The notes under the pieces are model-generated. The model made no database searches. It was given only the letters and a program-made list of their open reading frames with translations, and had not been told where the DNA came from. A stretch of DNA of 64,000 nt, taken from contig JBJMIJ010000013.1 of assembly GCA_045806885.1 (NCBI GenBank), positions 150,110 through 214,109 on the forward strand. Reading direction: 5' to 3'. Within the stretch, counting starts at the first letter, position 1; every line of letters starts with the position of its first letter. The translations under genes were made by a program, and so were the position numbers. Below, piece by piece: positions 8,967 through 18,479 of the stretch. The stretch comes from Aeromicrobium sp. (lineage in GTDB: Bacteria > Actinomycetota > Actinomycetes > Propionibacteriales > Nocardioidaceae).

Positions 8967-11174
8967 TCACACCGCGGGCTTGGGCTCGGCGTCACGCGGC
9001 AGGCCGAGCATGCGCTCGCCGATGACGTTGAGCTGGACCTCGGTGGTACCGCCGTAGATGGTCGTTGCACGTCCGGAGATCAGCTGCTCTATGGCATGGT
9101 CGCTCCGCTCGCCCGGAACCGACACCGTGCCGGCCACGCCGAGCTCGGCGACGATGTACTCGGCGATCTTCTGGCTGATGCCCATCGCCAGCAGCTTGCC
9201 GGCGCTGGACGTCGTGCTCACGTCGGCACCAGCAAGCTGCTTCAGAACCACCCGAGTGCTGATGACGTCAATGGTCTGGCTCTCCGCGACGAGCTCGCCG
9301 AGGCGGTACTTCGCGATCGCGCTCAGCTCATGGCGCGCGGCGAACTTGAGCAGGTCACTGTCGTTGGCGTACGCCTCCATCTTCTGGCTCAGCGCCACCC
9401 GCTCGCCGGCCAGCGTCGTCCGCGCGACGGCCCAGCCGCCGTTGACCTCACCGACGACGTTCTCGTCCGGGATGAAGACGTCGTCGAGGAAGACCTCGTT
9501 GAACAGGGCCGAGCCCGTCATCTCGCGCAGCGGACGCACCTCGACGCCGGGCGTCTTCATGTCGAGCACGAAGTACGTGATGCCGGCGTGCTTGGGCGCG
9601 TCGGGGTCCGTGCGCGCGATGAGCATGGCCCAGTCGGAGAACTGCGCGACCGTGGTCCAGATCTTTTGCCCGGTGACCTGCCAGCCACCGTCGACCTTGA
9701 CCGCCTTCGTCTGCAGCGACGCCAGGTCGGATCCGGCCCCCGGCTCACTGAACAGCTGGCACCAGACGACCTCGCCGCGCAGGGTCGGGACGACGAGATG
9801 CTGTTTCTGCTGCTCGGTGCCGTGCGGAACGATCGCGCCGACGGCCCACGTGCCCATGAGCAGGTTGGGGACCAGGATGCCGGCGGCCTTGATCTCCTGG
9901 CCGATGACGATCTGCTCCAGCGGGCCGGCACCGCGGCCATGGGGCTTGGGCAGGTGCGGCTGGACCCAGCCGCCGTCGCCCAGCGCGACGAGCCGCTCCG
10001 TCTCGTCCTCGATGGCGGCGATGGCCGCCAGCTCTGGCCGGACGGCGGCGCGGATGGGCTCGGCCTCGTCCGGCAGCTCGATCTCGAGCTCGCGACGGAC
10101 GCCGGCCAGCGCCTGCTCGGCCAGCCGCAGCGCCCGCTCCTCGCGTCCGCCCAGGACACCACGGACGGCGAGCGCACGCCGGTAGTACAGGTGCACGTCG
10201 TGCTCCCAGGTGAACCCGATGCCGCCGTGCACCTGGATGCAGCTCTGCGCAACCTCGACCGCTGCTTCGGGCACGAAGACGGCGGCCACGTCGGCCGCGT
10301 AGTCGGCCGTGTCGTCGGCCTTGTCGAGGGCGGCGGCCGCATCCCAGATGGCGGCGCGGGCCTGCTCAAGTGCGATGCCCATACGGGCGCACGTGTGCTT
10401 GACGCCCTGGAACTGGCCGATCGGGCGGCCGAACTGGATACGGATCTTCGCGTACTCGGCGGCCTCAGCGACGCACCATGCCATGACGCCAACGGCCTCG
10501 GCGCCGAGGATCACGGCGGCGATCGAGCGGGCCCGCTCTACCGGCAGCGACTCCAAAAGCGCATCGGCGGCGAGCGTCAGCGCGTCCGCGACGACACGCG
10601 CCGAGCCGCGGACGACGTCGACGCTGTCCTGACGGCTCACCGTGACCGCGGCCGGATCGACGACGGCCCACACGGTCGCGCCGTTGATACCGACTGGGAG
10701 GAGGAGCACGTCAGCGTGCTCCCCGCCGAGGACGCCCTCCCAGGCGCCGGTCACGGTTCCGTTCTCGAGCGCGGGAACGCCAGAGGCCTCGAGGGCGACT
10801 GCGGCAGCGGTGGACCCGTCAATGAGCCGTGCGACCTCGTCCGATGCGCCAGCGGCCTGCAGGAAGGCCGAGGCGAGCACCGTGGGTACGAACGGGCCGG
10901 GCGCTGCGCGGCGGCCCAGGGCCTCCAGCGCCACGGCAAGGGTGAGCAGGCCACCCCCCGCTCCCGCAGCCGACTCGGCGACATGCAACCCGAGCAGGTC
11001 GTAGTCGACGAGCGCCTTCCAGAACGGCGGGAACTTCTCCTCGCCGTTCCGGTCGATGTCGGCGCGGATCACGTCGGACGTGATCTGGTCCTCGGCGAGG
11101 TCGGCGACCGCGTCGGCGAGCGCGCGGTGCTCCTCCGTCAGACCGATGCCGAGCTCATATGCCTGACGTGCCAT
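8967..11174 (-). CDS. tandem (fused two-domain) acyl-CoA dehydrogenase
   Basis: 735 aa made of two ACAD-length halves. Only the C-terminal half carries the FAD-contact motif QLFSEPGAGSDLASL. Confidence 0.8.
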   Translation of the reverse strand: MARQAYELGIGLTEEHRALADAVADLAEDQITSDVIRADIDRNGEEKFPPFWKALVDYDLLGLHVAESAAGAGGGLLTLAVALEALGRRAAPGPFVPTVLASAFLQAAGASDEVARLIDGSTAAAVALEASGVPALENGTVTGAWEGVLGGEHADVLLLPVGINGATVWAVVDPAAVTVSRQDSVDVVRGSARVVADALTLAADALLESLPVERARSIAAVILGAEAVGVMAWCVAEAAEYAKIRIQFGRPIGQFQGVKHTCARMGIALEQARAAIWDAAAALDKADDTADYAADVAAVFVPEAAVEVAQSCIQVHGGIGFTWEHDVHLYYRRALAVRGVLGGREERALRLAEQALAGVRRELEIELPDEAEPIRAAVRPELAAIAAIEDETERLVALGDGGWVQPHLPKPHGRGAGPLEQIVIGQEIKAAGILVPNLLMGTWAVGAIVPHGTEQQKQHLVVPTLRGEVVWCQLFSEPGAGSDLASLQTKAVKVDGGWQVTGQKIWTTVAQFSDWAMLIARTDPDAPKHAGITYFVLDMKTPGVEVRPLREMTGSALFNEVFLDDVFIPDENVVGEVNGGWAVARTTLAGERVALSQKMEAYANDSDLLKFAARHELSAIAKYRLGELVAESQTIDVISTRVVLKQLAGADVSTTSSAGKLLAMGISQKIAEYIVAELGVAGTVSVPGERSDHAIEQLISGRATTIYGGTTEVQLNVIGERMLGLPRDAEPKPAV

Positions 11175-11187
11175 GGGTCAGTTCCCT

Positions 11188-12057
11188 TCAGCCCAGCCGG
11201 TTGGCAAGTTCGTCGATGGTCCAAGGGCCATCGCTCTCGATGGTGCTCACGTCGTGCCAGCCGGCGAGCTCGGAGATGCCGCCACCCTGGACGGCGAAGA
11301 CCTTGCCGGTCAGCTTGCAGTCGGCGGCGGCGAGCCGGGCGACCAGCGGCGAGATGTTGGACGGGTGGAAGGCATCGAACTCGCCTTCGGGCACCTCGGC
11401 GGCGAACAACGCACCCATGCCGGGCGTCGCCAACGTGAGGCGGGTGCGGGCGATCGGCGCGATGGCATTGACGCGCACGCCGTAGCGCTCGAGCTCTTCG
11501 GCGGCGACCAGCGTCAAGGCCGCGATGCCGGCCTTCGCGGCGCCGTAGTTGGCCTGTCCGGCATTCGGCATGAACGTGCCGGACGCCGACGCGGTGTTGA
11601 TCACCGAAGCGCTGACCTCTTCGCCTGCCTTGCTCTGGGCCTTCCAGTAGGCGGCGGCGTGATGCAGCGGTGCGGCGTGGCCCTTGAGGTGAACCGTGAT
11701 GACCGCGTCCCACTGCTCCTCGGTCATGTTCGGGATGAAGGCGTCGCGCAGGATGCCGGCGTTGTTGATGAGCACGTCGAGCCGGCCGAACTCGTCGATC
11801 GCCTGACCGACCAGGCCTTCGGCGCCCTTCCACGACGCGATGTCGTCGGTGTTGGCGACCGCCTTGCCACCATTGGCCTTGATCTCGTTGACCACCTCTT
11901 GCGCGGGACCGGCGTCGGCGCCGTCGCCTTCGTTCGAGCCACCGAGGTCGTTCACGACGACGCTCGCGCCCTCCTTCGCCACCAGCAGTGCGTGCTCACG
12001 GCCGATGCCCCGGCCGGCGCCGGTGACGATCGCGACGCGTCCATCCAAGGTGCCCAT
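11188..12057 (-). CDS. SDR family 3-hydroxyacyl-CoA dehydrogenase-like oxidoreductase
   Basis: ORF 11188..12558 trimmed to ATG 12057 (MGTLDGRVAIVTGAGRGIG...). Catalytic NYGAAKAG. The upstream extension is Arg-rich out-of-context sequence. Confidence 0.85.
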   Translation of the reverse strand: MGTLDGRVAIVTGAGRGIGREHALLVAKEGASVVVNDLGGSNEGDGADAGPAQEVVNEIKANGGKAVANTDDIASWKGAEGLVGQAIDEFGRLDVLINNAGILRDAFIPNMTEEQWDAVITVHLKGHAAPLHHAAAYWKAQSKAGEEVSASVINTASASGTFMPNAGQANYGAAKAGIAALTLVAAEELERYGVRVNAIAPIARTRLTLATPGMGALFAAEVPEGEFDAFHPSNISPLVARLAAADCKLTGKVFAVQGGGISELAGWHDVSTIESDGPWTIDELANRLG

Positions 12058-12101
12058 GGAAATCCCTTCGAAGTGGTGTGAGTGTTCGGTTGCGCGGAGC
12101 C

Positions 12102-12953
12102 CTACCCCGCGAAGACGGCGAGCCCATCTTTGATGACGGCGGCATCGCCGACGCTGGTCTCGAAGCCGTAGGACCCGGCGCCGAGATCCCAGAACCGGGT
12201 GGTCATGTCCTGGCCGGGCAGCACCGGCTTGGCGAACCGGACGGCGAAGCGGCGGAGCCTGGAGACGTCGCCGTCCGCGAACTCGGTGAGGGCGGCCCAC
12301 GACGTGAACGCCATCGTGCAGAGGCCGTGGTTGATGATGCCCGGCAGGCCAGACATCCGCGCGATCTCGTCGTCCAGGTGGATCGGCATGGGGTCGCCCG
12401 ACGCCGGTGAGTACCGGAACGTCTGGTCGTCGTCGATGTGCTGTTCGACGACGGCCGCCGGAACCGATGACGTGACGGCGGGGTCGAGCTCGTGGCCAGG
12501 AGCCTGGCCACCGACGGTCTTGCCGGCGTCGGCGCCGCGGAAGAACGCCGTGATCCACTGCTCGTTGACCAGCTCGCCGTCGGCGCCGCGCGTCTCGGCG
12601 TACACCGCGACGGTCGAGCCCGTACTGACAGCCGCATAGCCCGTGGCCCTGCTGCGGCAGGTCAGGACGTCGCCCGGCCGGATCGGCCGGTGGAAATGGA
12701 AGTCCTGCTTGCCGTGGACCAGCTTCATCAGCAGGTCGACGGGTGCGACCTCGAGCGCCGCCGGAGCCATCGAGAAGAAGGTCGGCACGACCGCGAACAC
12801 CGGCGAGGCAACCTCACCCTTGAGGTGCGCCTCGATCGGGTCATTGGTCGCCGCCGCGTACTCGGCCATGCGCTCGGCGCTGACCTCGAAGACGAGGTCG
12901 TCAGTCCAACTGTCGAGGCCCGCGTCGTTGAAGGCCACCGCCGTCAGAGTCAT
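12102..12953 (-). CDS. double hot-dog MaoC-like (R)-specific enoyl-CoA hydratase
   Basis: 283 aa, two hot-dog halves. Hydratase-2-like motif YSPASGDPMPIHLDDEIA in the C-terminal half. Confidence 0.8.
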   Translation of the reverse strand: MTLTAVAFNDAGLDSWTDDLVFEVSAERMAEYAAATNDPIEAHLKGEVASPVFAVVPTFFSMAPAALEVAPVDLLMKLVHGKQDFHFHRPIRPGDVLTCRSRATGYAAVSTGSTVAVYAETRGADGELVNEQWITAFFRGADAGKTVGGQAPGHELDPAVTSSVPAAVVEQHIDDDQTFRYSPASGDPMPIHLDDEIARMSGLPGIINHGLCTMAFTSWAALTEFADGDVSRLRRFAVRFAKPVLPGQDMTTRFWDLGAGSYGFETSVGDAAVIKDGLAVFAG

Positions 12954-13384
12954 GCGGCGACGAGCTCGGCCAGCTTCGCGAGCGACGCCTCGAGATCAGC
13001 CGAGGCGTTCTTGGCCACGGCCGCGCCGATCGGGCCCACGATCATCGCGCCACTGAAGTCGGCGTCGATCGTCGCGGTCGAGCCCGCGTCGGCCGGCGCG
13101 ACGGACAGCGTGAACTTGATCTTGACGCCGGCCATTCCGGTGCCCTCGATGGTGACCGTGTTCGGCACGTCGAGCTCGGTGATGGTCCAGTCGATCTTGT
13201 TGGCCATGCCCATGACCGAGACAACCTCGGTGACCTGGGTGCCGACCGAGATCTCGGACGGGAGCTCGCTCTTCCAGCTCTGGTGGATACTCAGCCAGTT
13301 CTCCCAACCGGCCAGGTCGGACAGGTTGTCCCACGCGGTCTGCGGGTCGACGGGCAGGGCCTGGGTGACGGAAACGCTTGTCAT
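12950..13384 (-). CDS. SRPBCC (START/polyketide-cyclase-like) ligand-binding protein
   Basis: ORF trimmed to ATG 13384 (MTSVSVTQALPVDPQTAWDNLSDLAGWENWL...). ATGA overlap with the MaoC gene start. Confidence 0.7.
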   Translation of the reverse strand: MTSVSVTQALPVDPQTAWDNLSDLAGWENWLSIHQSWKSELPSEISVGTQVTEVVSVMGMANKIDWTITELDVPNTVTIEGTGMAGVKIKFTLSVAPADAGSTATIDADFSGAMIVGPIGAAVAKNASADLEASLAKLAELVAA

Positions 13385-13392
13385 GATTCTCC

Positions 13393-14592
13393 TCAGTTGG
13401 CTTTCTTGTAGGCGGTGACGACGACGGCGCCGCCGAGGCCGATGTTGTGCTGGAGCGCGACGCCGCCGGGCTGCGCGGTGCGCTCGACCTGGCGGGCGTC
13501 GGCGGTGCCGCGCAGCTGCCAGGTGAGCTCGCTGCACTGGGCGAGGCCAGTGGCACCAAGCGGGTGGCCCTTCGAGATCAGGCCGCCCGACGGGTTGACG
13601 ACCCAGCGGCCGCCGTACGTCGTGTCGTCGTTGTCGATGAGCTTGCCGGCGTCGCCGTCGGCGCACAGCCCGAGGGCTTCGTAGGTCAGCAGCTCGTTGG
13701 CCGAGAAGCAGTCGTGCAGCTCGATGACGGACACGTCCTCCGGGGTGATGCCGGCCTGGCCGTAGACCTCCTGGGCCGCGCGACGCGTCATCTCCTTGCC
13801 CACCAGCGACTGCGCAGACTTGTCGGCGAAGGTGCTCTCCATGTCCGTGACCATTGCCTGGCCGATGATCTCGACCGCCTGGCCGCCCAGCCCGTGCTTG
13901 TCGACGAAGGCCTCGCTGGCCAGGATCGCGGCGCCGGAGCCATCCGACGTCGGCGAGCACTGCAGCTTGGTGAGCGGGCTGTAGATGACCGGGGCGTTCA
14001 GGATGTCGTCGAGGCTGTACTCGACCTGGAACTGTGCATACGGGTTGTTGACGGAGTGCTTGTGGTTCTTGTAGCCCACCTTGGCGAACTGCTCGAGCGT
14101 CGTCCCGTACTTCTCCATGTGCTCACGACCGGCAGCACCGAACATGTACGGCGCCGGCGGCATCGCGAACTCCTGCAGCTCGGCGAGGGCCAAGAGGTGC
14201 TTCATCATCGGCTGCTCGCGGTCGTCGAAGGTCGAGCCGAGCGAGCCCGGCTGCATCTTCTCGAAGCCGAGGGCGAGCGTGCAGTCGGCGAGGCCGCCAC
14301 GGATCGCCTGTGCCGCGAGGTACAGCGCGGTCGAGCCGGTCGAGCAGTTGTTGTTGACGTTGACGACCGGCAGCCCGGTCATACCGAGCTCGTAGACGGC
14401 GCGCTGCCCGGACGTCGATTCGCCGTACACGTAGCCGACGTAGGCCTGCTGCACCTCGCGGTAGTCGATGCCGGCGTCCTCAAGCGCCTTGGTGCCCGAC
14501 TCGCGGGCCATGTCTGGATAGTCCCAGTCCTTGGATCCGGGCTTCTCGAACTTCGTCATGCCGACGCCGACGACGTAAACCTTGTGGGACAC
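13393..14592 (-). CDS. SCP2/SCPx-type thiolase (lipid-transfer protein Ltp-like)
   Basis: [11 protein letters not shown] active-site Cys loop and thiolase C-terminal GLGGAVV. GTG 14592 with GGAAGG 8 nt upstream ([15 protein letters not shown]). Confidence 0.85.
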   Translation of the reverse strand: MSHKVYVVGVGMTKFEKPGSKDWDYPDMARESGTKALEDAGIDYREVQQAYVGYVYGESTSGQRAVYELGMTGLPVVNVNNNCSTGSTALYLAAQAIRGGLADCTLALGFEKMQPGSLGSTFDDREQPMMKHLLALAELQEFAMPPAPYMFGAAGREHMEKYGTTLEQFAKVGYKNHKHSVNNPYAQFQVEYSLDDILNAPVIYSPLTKLQCSPTSDGSGAAILASEAFVDKHGLGGQAVEIIGQAMVTDMESTFADKSAQSLVGKEMTRRAAQEVYGQAGITPEDVSVIELHDCFSANELLTYEALGLCADGDAGKLIDNDDTTYGGRWVVNPSGGLISKGHPLGATGLAQCSELTWQLRGTADARQVERTAQPGGVALQHNIGLGGAVVVTAYKKAN

Positions 14593-14778
14593 AGGAATAC
14601 CTTCCGAATTAAGTGGAACACCCTGTCGCGGACAAATTACGTGCCGCTGCGGCATCAGTCAAATCGACACACCCACGGTATTCCGGTGTTAAATCGCAGG
14701 TCAAGTGGGATTTCGATGAACATATCGCTACAGTTTGTCACGGTTGTAAATCCACGATTCGTCCGAAGGAACCTTCCG

Positions 14779-15939
14779 ATGCCTGCACGCCGCCCCACCT
14801 GGATGAACCAGGAACTCGACGATCTCCGCGATCTCGCCCGCACGTTCAGCGAGAAGGAGATCAAGCCGAACATCGAGACGTTCATCAAGAACAAGCAGGT
14901 CGACCGTGAGCTGTGGACCAAGGCCGGCGCGCTCGGCCTGCTCTGTATCTCCATCCCGGAGGAGTACGGCGGAGGCGGCGGAACGTTCGCCCACGAGACG
15001 GTCATCATCGAGGAGCAAGCGCGGGTCGGCGACAGCTCATGGGGCGTCGCGCTGCACAACGGGATCGTGGCGCACTATCTCCTCGCGTACGGCACCGAGG
15101 AGCAGAAGCACTACTGGCTGCCCAAGATGGCCAGCGGTGAGGTCGTCGGCGCCATCGCCATGACCGAGCCCGGCACCGGGTCGGACCTCCAGGGCATCAA
15201 TACGAAGGCCATCCGCGAGGGCGACCAGTACGTCGTCAACGGCGCGAAGACGTTCATCACCAACGGCGTCCAGGCCGACATGGTCATCGTCGCGGCCAAG
15301 ACGAACCCGGAAGAGGCCGCCGCCGGCATCTCACTGGTCATAGTCCCGACCGACGCCGAGGGCTTCCGCCGCGGGCGCGCGTTGGACAAGATCGGCATGA
15401 AGGGCCAGGACACCTGCGAGCTGTTCTTCGACAACGTCCGCATCCCGACGGCCAACCTGCTGGGCACCGAAGAGGGCCAAGGCTTCATCCAGCTGATGTC
15501 GCAGCTGCCGCAGGAGCGCCTGATCGTCGCCGTGAGCTGCGTAGCCGCGATGGAATTGTGCCTCGATCAGACGCTGGAGTACGTCCACACCCGCACGGCG
15601 TTCAACCGGCCGATCTTCGCGTTCCAGAACACCAAGTTCGAACTCGCTGAGATCGCCACCGAGGCGCGCGTATCGCGCTCGTTCGTCGACGAGTGCCTCG
15701 AGCTGCACCTCAAGGGTGAGCTCGACATCCCGACGGCCGCCATGGCGAAGTACTGGGCGTCGGAGCGAGCCGGCATCGTCGTCGACAAGTGCCTGCAGCT
15801 GTTCGGCGGCTACGGCTTCATGGAGGAGTACCCGATCGCGCGGGCGTACACCGATTTGCGCGTGTCGCGGATCTACGCCGGCACGACGGAGATCATGAAG
15901 GAGATCATCAGCCGCACGCTGCCGACACCGCAGTTGTAA
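14779..15939 (+). CDS. acyl-CoA dehydrogenase
   Basis: Frame of ORF 13447..15939. ATG 14779 preceded by GAAGGA. AMTEPGTGSDL FAD motif and C-terminal ARAYTDLRVSRIYAGTTEIM. Alternative ATG at 14803. Confidence 0.85.
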   Translation: MPARRPTWMNQELDDLRDLARTFSEKEIKPNIETFIKNKQVDRELWTKAGALGLLCISIPEEYGGGGGTFAHETVIIEEQARVGDSSWGVALHNGIVAHYLLAYGTEEQKHYWLPKMASGEVVGAIAMTEPGTGSDLQGINTKAIREGDQYVVNGAKTFITNGVQADMVIVAAKTNPEEAAAGISLVIVPTDAEGFRRGRALDKIGMKGQDTCELFFDNVRIPTANLLGTEEGQGFIQLMSQLPQERLIVAVSCVAAMELCLDQTLEYVHTRTAFNRPIFAFQNTKFELAEIATEARVSRSFVDECLELHLKGELDIPTAAMAKYWASERAGIVVDKCLQLFGGYGFMEEYPIARAYTDLRVSRIYAGTTEIMKEIISRTLPTPQL

Positions 15940-15959
15940 CGCCACTAGGCTCCGGGACC

Positions 15960-17810
15960 ATGGATACGTCGCGGAACTGGGGCCACGAGCTCATCGATTC
16001 GCTGATTTGGCTGTCGTGGGTCTTCCCCCTCACCTTCGTCGTCTCGATCGTCGTGATCGCCATCTTGCTGCGGACGACGAAGTGGGGACGCCAGGTGTGG
16101 GCGGTCTCGGGCGGCTATTTCCGCGGCAGGGACGCCTTGCCGGTGTACGCCATGCTGGCCCTGCTGCTGTTCTTCTCGCTGTTCGCCGTGCGCCTCAACG
16201 TCCTGTTCTCCTACTGGAGCAACGACTTTTACAACTCACTGCAGTTCGCCGCTCAGGCCATCGCGACGAAGGACCACGCCAGCCTCGACAAGTCGGTGGC
16301 GTTCTTCTGGAGCTCACTCGGGCTGTTCGGCATCCTGGCCGCCATCCACGTCGTTCGGTCCCTGATCGCCTACTTCGTGGGCGAAGCGTTCGAGATCCGC
16401 TGGCGGCTCTGGCTCACCGACCACGTCACGGCCGACTGGCTCACCGGCAACGCCTACTACCGCAACCGCTTCATCGACGAGACCATCGACAATCCCGACC
16501 AGCGCATCCAAGCCGACATCACCGCCTTCGTCGGCTCGTCGCGCTCGCTGGCGTTCGGCGCGATCAGCTCCGTCGTCACGATCTTCGCGTTCATCCCGGT
16601 GCTCTGGAAGCTGTCGGGCACCCTCACGGTCTTCGGCGTCGACATCCCGCGCGCGATGATGATCATCGTCCTCGGCTACGTGCTGGTGACGACCGTGATC
16701 GCCTTCTGGCTGGGCCGTCCGCTGATCCGGCTGAACTTCATGTACGAGGCGGTGACGGCCACCTTCCGCTATGCGTTGGTCCGCGTCCGCGAAGGAGCCG
16801 AGAACATCGCCTTCTACCGCGGTGAGAACGTCGAGCGGACCGGATTGTTCGCCCGGTTCCGCGCGGTCATCGCCCAGTACTGGCGCATCGTCTACCGGAC
16901 GCTGAAGTTCGACGGCTGGAACCTGTCGGTCAACCAGCTGGCCGTGATCTTCCCCTGGCTCATCCAGGGACCCCGGTTCTTCGCCGGCCAGGTCACCTTC
17001 GGTGACGTCACCCAGACCGACCAGGCGTTCAGCCAGATCCACGACTCTCTCTCGTTCTTCCGTGAGGCGTACTCGGACTTCGCGGCCTACCGCGCCTCCA
17101 CCATCCGTCTCTACGGCCTGCTCGAGGCCGACCAAGAATCGCGCGATCTCCCGAAGATCACGGCCAACGACAGCGAGGCCGGAGTCCAGATCTCCAAGGT
17201 CGACGTCCGGCGCCCGGACGGCGTGGCACTGATCGACGACCTCGACCTGCGTCTCGTCGCCGGCGAGGCGCTGGTCATCAAGGGCGCATCCGGGACGGGC
17301 AAGACGACACTGCTGCGCACGCTCGCACAGATCTGGCCGTACACCGATGGCTCAATGAGCGCCCCGGCCGGCAACGAGACGCTTTTCCTCTCGCAGATCC
17401 CGTACCTGCCGCTCGGCGACCTGCGCACCGCCGTGGCCTATCCGGCGCAGGCATCGGACATCGACGACGAGACGCTCAAGGCGACCTTGGTGAAGGTCTC
17501 GCTGCCCAACCTGGTCGACCATCTCGACGAGGCCGAGGACTGGTCGAAGGTGCTGTCGCCGGGCGAGCAGCAGCGCATCGCGTTCGCCCGCATCCTGCTG
17601 ATCCGGCCGAAGGTCGTCTTCCTGGACGAGGCGACGTCGGCGATCGATGAGGGTCTCGAGTACGCGCTCTACCAGCTCGTTCGCACCGAGCTGCCGCAGA
17701 CGATCTTGGTCAGCGTCGCCCACCGCAGCACCGTCGACGTGCACCACACGCAGCGCCTGGAGCTGTCCGGCACCGGAGCTTGGGAGCTGTCTGCCGTCGG
17801 AGCTAGCTGA
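15960..17810 (+). CDS. SbmA/BacA-like transmembrane domain fused to ABC ATPase (Rv1819c-type transporter)
   Basis: ATG 15960 (MDTSRNWGHELIDSLIWLSW...). Six-TM N-terminal half. Walker A GASGTGKTT, signature LSPGEQQR, Walker B VVFLDEATSA. Confidence 0.8.
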   Translation: MDTSRNWGHELIDSLIWLSWVFPLTFVVSIVVIAILLRTTKWGRQVWAVSGGYFRGRDALPVYAMLALLLFFSLFAVRLNVLFSYWSNDFYNSLQFAAQAIATKDHASLDKSVAFFWSSLGLFGILAAIHVVRSLIAYFVGEAFEIRWRLWLTDHVTADWLTGNAYYRNRFIDETIDNPDQRIQADITAFVGSSRSLAFGAISSVVTIFAFIPVLWKLSGTLTVFGVDIPRAMMIIVLGYVLVTTVIAFWLGRPLIRLNFMYEAVTATFRYALVRVREGAENIAFYRGENVERTGLFARFRAVIAQYWRIVYRTLKFDGWNLSVNQLAVIFPWLIQGPRFFAGQVTFGDVTQTDQAFSQIHDSLSFFREAYSDFAAYRASTIRLYGLLEADQESRDLPKITANDSEAGVQISKVDVRRPDGVALIDDLDLRLVAGEALVIKGASGTGKTTLLRTLAQIWPYTDGSMSAPAGNETLFLSQIPYLPLGDLRTAVAYPAQASDIDDETLKATLVKVSLPNLVDHLDEAEDWSKVLSPGEQQRIAFARILLIRPKVVFLDEATSAIDEGLEYALYQLVRTELPQTILVSVAHRSTVDVHHTQRLELSGTGAWELSAVGAS

Positions 17811-18450
17811 CCTCGCCGAGTTCAGCCCGCAAGCGCGCCACCCACTTCGGCTCGTCGCCGTATCGCTGAGTCTTGATGAGCCTGCCGGCGGCGCAGTTCT
17901 CGACCAATTCGGCCATGCGACGATCGCGCGTCGCCTGTTGCTTCGCCGACAGGACCCAGCTCTTGGCGTGCTTCCGGTACGACGGTGTCGCGGCCGCCCA
18001 GAACCGGGCGGCACGCGGTTCGGCATCAATCAGCCGGGCGTACTCATCGGGCAGGTCTGGGTCGGAGTTCTCGTAGAAGTAGATGCCTGACCGCTCCGGC
18101 TTACGCCGCTCGAATGCGGCAAGCCCGGATGGTTGCATGCGGCCTTCGGCCGTGAGGCGGGCGACGAGGTCGATGTTGACCCGGCTCCAGACGCTCGACG
18201 TCCGGCGCGGGGTCCACCGCTGTCGGACGGCGTCCTCGTCGATGCGTTCGACCCGTGAGTCGATCCAGCCGAAGCAGAGCGCCTCCGGCACGGCCTGCTC
18301 CCATGTCAGACCGCGCTGGTCGACGTGCTTCTTGTGGAGGCCCATCCACAGCTCGGTCGCGGTGTCGTGGTTGGCCGCGAGCCAGGCTCGGAACTCGTCA
18401 GCATCGGCAAAGAAAGTCGCCGGTCGCTCGGGGGTGCCGCCGGTGTGCAT
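17803..18450 (-). CDS. YdeI/OmpD-associated family protein
   Basis: ORF trimmed to ATG 18450 (MHTGGTPERPATFFADADEFRAWLAANH...LWMGLHKK...GWIDS), the typical family N-terminus. Confidence 0.65.
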   Translation of the reverse strand: MHTGGTPERPATFFADADEFRAWLAANHDTATELWMGLHKKHVDQRGLTWEQAVPEALCFGWIDSRVERIDEDAVRQRWTPRRTSSVWSRVNIDLVARLTAEGRMQPSGLAAFERRKPERSGIYFYENSDPDLPDEYARLIDAEPRAARFWAAATPSYRKHAKSWVLSAKQQATRDRRMAELVENCAAGRLIKTQRYGDEPKWVARLRAELGEVS

Positions 18451-18479
18451 GGGTCCAGCCTGCCAAAGCCCCCCGAGGC

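Noticed and set aside
9096-11438. 780-aa plus-strand ORF (and 9058..10185, 9557..10492) across the tandem ACAD gene
   Set aside because: Shadow frames of a well-supported minus-strand gene. Compositionally biased and without domains.
13447-14778. N-terminal 444 codons of ORF 13447..15939
   Set aside because: Antisense to the thiolase gene and Arg/Leu/Val-rich. The recognisable ACAD sequence begins only at ATG 14779, which has an SD.
14593-14778. KstR/KstR2-type operators (TnnAACnnGTTnnA, AnCAAGnnCTTGnT) in the divergent promoter of the beta-oxidation cluster
   Set aside because: I scanned both strands by eye and found no match or other convincing palindrome. Regulation of this cluster remains unassigned.
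15940-15959. Cobalamin riboswitch upstream of the BacA/Rv1819c-like transporter
   Set aside because: The intergenic space is 20 nt.
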